From NCBI GenBank assembly GCA_016192545.1, contig JACPTX010000018.1, positions 1 to 53,891 of the forward strand: a DNA stretch of 53,891 nucleotides, read 5' to 3'. This DNA comes from Candidatus Omnitrophota bacterium. Its GTDB lineage: Bacteria > Omnitrophota > Gorgyraeia > Aquiviventales > Aquiviventaceae. The notes beneath the pieces are model-generated. The model was not told the DNA's origin and searched no databases. It saw nothing but the letters and a program-made list of their open reading frames with translations. The position numbers and the translations under genes are program-made. This document shows positions 47,874 to 53,891 of this stretch, piece by piece (position 1 is the stretch's first letter; the number at the start of each line of letters is the position of its first letter).

Positions 47874-47902
47874 TAGCAAGCTGACGCATTCCACGTTATA
47901 AT
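47874..47902 (+). promoter_or_regulatory. Putative promoter for aspartokinase
   Basis: TAGCAA, 17 nt, TATAAT (47897-47902). ATG at 47923 without a clear SD. Confidence 0.4.
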
Positions 47903-47922
47903 AAGAAGTTCCGCATTCAGCC

Positions 47923-49146
47923 ATGAGCCGCTCACTCATCGTCCAAAAATTCGGGGGCAGCTCCGTCGCCAACCCGGAGCGCATCAAGCGGGTCGCCCAG
48001 CGGGTCGTCGAGACCCGGCGGCAGGGCCGCGACGTCGTCGTGGTCGTGTCCGCCCTCGGCGACACGACGGACGAGCTCCTGGAGCTGGCCCGGCAGATCA
48101 GCCAGGACCCTCCGGAGCGGGAGCTCGACATGCTCATGGCGACCGGCGAGCAGGTGTCCGTGGCGCTCCTGGCCATGGCCATCGAGGAGCTGGGGGAGGA
48201 CGCCATTTCCTTCACCGGCGCGCAGGTCGGCATCCGGACGGACAGCTCCCACACCAAGGCGAAGCTGATTGACATCAATGCCAGGCGCATCCAGCAGGAG
48301 CTCGCGAAGGGGCGCGTCGTCATCGTCGCAGGCTTCCAGGGCATCTCGGTGAACCAGGACATCACGACGCTGGGGCGGGGCGGCTCGGACCTCACGGCGG
48401 TCGCGCTGGCGGAGGCGTTGGACGCCGACGCCTGCGAGATCTACACCGACGTGGAGGGCGTCTTTACCGCGGACCCCCGCATCGTGCCCAACGCCCACAA
48501 GCTCAAAAGCATCAGCTACGACGAGATGCTCGAGATGGCCTCGCTCGGGGCGCAGGTCATGCAGGCCCGCTCCATCTTCGTCGCGAAGCGGTTCGACGTG
48601 CCGATCCACGTGCGGTCCAGCTTCTCATCACGGGAGGGAACCATGATCACGAAAGCCGCCAAGGCCATGGAGGACATCGTCGTCAGCGGGGTCACCCTGC
48701 AGCGGGACGAGGCCAAGGTGACCATCCGCGACGTGCCGGACAAGCCCGGCATGGCGGCGCAGATTTTCAAGGAGCTGGCCGCGCAGGACATCAACGTGGA
48801 CATGATCGTGCAGAACGTCAGCCGCGAGGGCGCGACGGACGTCTCCTTCACCGTCGTGAAGCACGACCTGCCCGCGACCCTGCGGGTCGCCCGGCACGCC
48901 GCCGCCCGCGTCGGCGCCGGGGACGTCGCGACGGACGAGGGGGTGGCGAAGCTCTCCATCGTCGGCATCGGCATGCGCAGCCACTCCGGCGTCGCCGCCA
49001 AGATGTTCGAGGCGATGGCCCGCGAGCGCATCAACATCGAGATGATCTCCACCTCCGAGATCAAGATTTCCTGTGTCATCCGCAAGGCCCACGCCGAACG
49101 GGCCGTGCGCGCGATCCACCAGGCGTTCGGCCTCAGCAGACGCTGA
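47923..49146 (+). CDS. lysC: Aspartate kinase (with tandem ACT domains)
   Basis: [21 protein letters not shown]...[15 protein letters not shown]...GGSD. Confidence 0.95.
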   Translation: MSRSLIVQKFGGSSVANPERIKRVAQRVVETRRQGRDVVVVVSALGDTTDELLELARQISQDPPERELDMLMATGEQVSVALLAMAIEELGEDAISFTGAQVGIRTDSSHTKAKLIDINARRIQQELAKGRVVIVAGFQGISVNQDITTLGRGGSDLTAVALAEALDADACEIYTDVEGVFTADPRIVPNAHKLKSISYDEMLEMASLGAQVMQARSIFVAKRFDVPIHVRSSFSSREGTMITKAAKAMEDIVVSGVTLQRDEAKVTIRDVPDKPGMAAQIFKELAAQDINVDMIVQNVSREGATDVSFTVVKHDLPATLRVARHAAARVGAGDVATDEGVAKLSIVGIGMRSHSGVAAKMFEAMARERINIEMISTSEIKISCVIRKAHAERAVRAIHQAFGLSRR

Positions 49147-49170
49147 CCCCAGCGTCCACTCAGCACGCCC

Positions 49171-53455
<4,285 letters not shown>

Positions 53456-53470
53456 GGGCGGGCGCCGCCT

Positions 53471-53633
53471 CAGCAGGCGATGTTCACAATCAGTTCGCAG
53501 CACCGCTCCCCCGGCCCCAGCGTGGCCGGGGTCGCTCGGGCTCTCGTGGCCGCGCTCGTCCCGCCTGTCGGCGGGACACCATGCCCGCGCGGCCCTCGAG
53601 GCACGCTGCTCACTGATTGTTCACCGCCTGTTG
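53471..53633. mobile_element. MITE-like unit with ~23-nt imperfect terminal inverted repeats and internal hairpins
   Basis: CAGCAGGCGATGTTCACAATCAGT (53471-53494) against CACTGATTGTTCACCGCCTGTTG (53611-53633). Internal hairpins are CCCCGGCC..GGCCGGGG and GTCCCGCC-TGTC-GGCGGGAC. No ORF. Confidence 0.5.
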
Positions 53634-53643
53634 CCTGAATCTC

Positions 53644-53891
53644 ATGGACGCTGACGCTCGACGCCTCATCAAGCAAGCTCTTCGCGAGGATCGCGCCTCG
53701 CGAGACATCACCAGCCGAGCGATCATTCCGCCAGGCCGCCGCATCCGCGTCCGCATCATCGCCAAATCCCGCGGGATCGCGGCCGGCGTCAGGACCGCAG
53801 CCCTCACGTTTACCACGCTCGACCCCTCGCTGCGCTGCCGCATCCGCGCGCACTCCGGTGCGGCGCTTGCTCCCGGCAGGACCATCCTGAC
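53644..53891 (+). CDS. nadC: Nicotinate-nucleotide pyrophosphorylase (quinolinate phosphoribosyltransferase), N-terminal fragment running off the window
   Basis: Hand-translated MDADARRLIKQALREDRASRDITSRAIIPPGRRIRVRIIAKSRGIAAGV..., typical of NadC N-termini. Confidence 0.75.
   Translation, partial: MDADARRLIKQALREDRASRDITSRAIIPPGRRIRVRIIAKSRGIAAGVRTAALTFTTLDPSLRCRIRAHSGAALAPGRTIL

Overview
This is a GC-rich bacterial chromosome segment, almost entirely on the + strand and tightly packed, with many ATGA or TAATG stop/start overlaps. I cannot assign the organism from sequence alone.

**Gene content**
- 1-15991: end of tuf, then a complete S10-spc-alpha ribosomal protein cluster. Order is rpsJ-rplCDWB-rpsS-rplV-rpsC-rplP-rpmC-rpsQ-rplNXE-rpsN-rpsH-rplFR-rpsE-rplO-secY-adk-map-infA-rpmJ-rpsMKD-rpoA-rplQ. 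No rpmD is present.
- 16028-35341: housekeeping genes. These include two class-I aminotransferases, isocitrate dehydrogenase, lipA, three lipid or glycan transferases, pcm, a TonB-like protein, rpsU, a double M16 peptidase, DUF1844, rmuC, Trm112-like, aroQ, efp, accBC, pfk, gmhA, rfaE domain II and thiE.
- 35377-43153: tRNA-Gly(CCC), a LysM/M23 peptidase, a P-loop ATPase, a HIT protein, a dGTPase-like HD protein, a lipoprotein and a UvrD-type helicase fused to a Cas4/AddB-like Fe-S nuclease.
- 43195-44023: a sharply AT-rich spacer driving two orphan ORFs, closed by a 20-bp perfect hairpin.
- 44052-53891: gpsA, an unusual tRNA-Pro(GGG) locus, hom-thrC, aspartokinase, citramalate-synthase-like cimA, valS and the start of nadC.

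**What stands out**
1. Several families of short palindromic, MITE- or REP-like elements. Several sit in frame inside essential genes: an 18-bp palindrome always read as P-T-A-V-G, and a ~62-nt element present twice in valS and once in rplO. Others supply stop and/or start codons at gene junctions.
2. The tRNA-Pro gene is nested between exact copies of its own 5' and 3' parts, next to a hairpin-rich ~150-nt region that carries an anticodon-arm mimic.
3. Three housekeeping genes look damaged: pfk, the first aminotransferase, and a split thiE. These are either real lesions or draft-assembly errors.

No CRISPR array, rRNA, transposase or integrase gene was seen.
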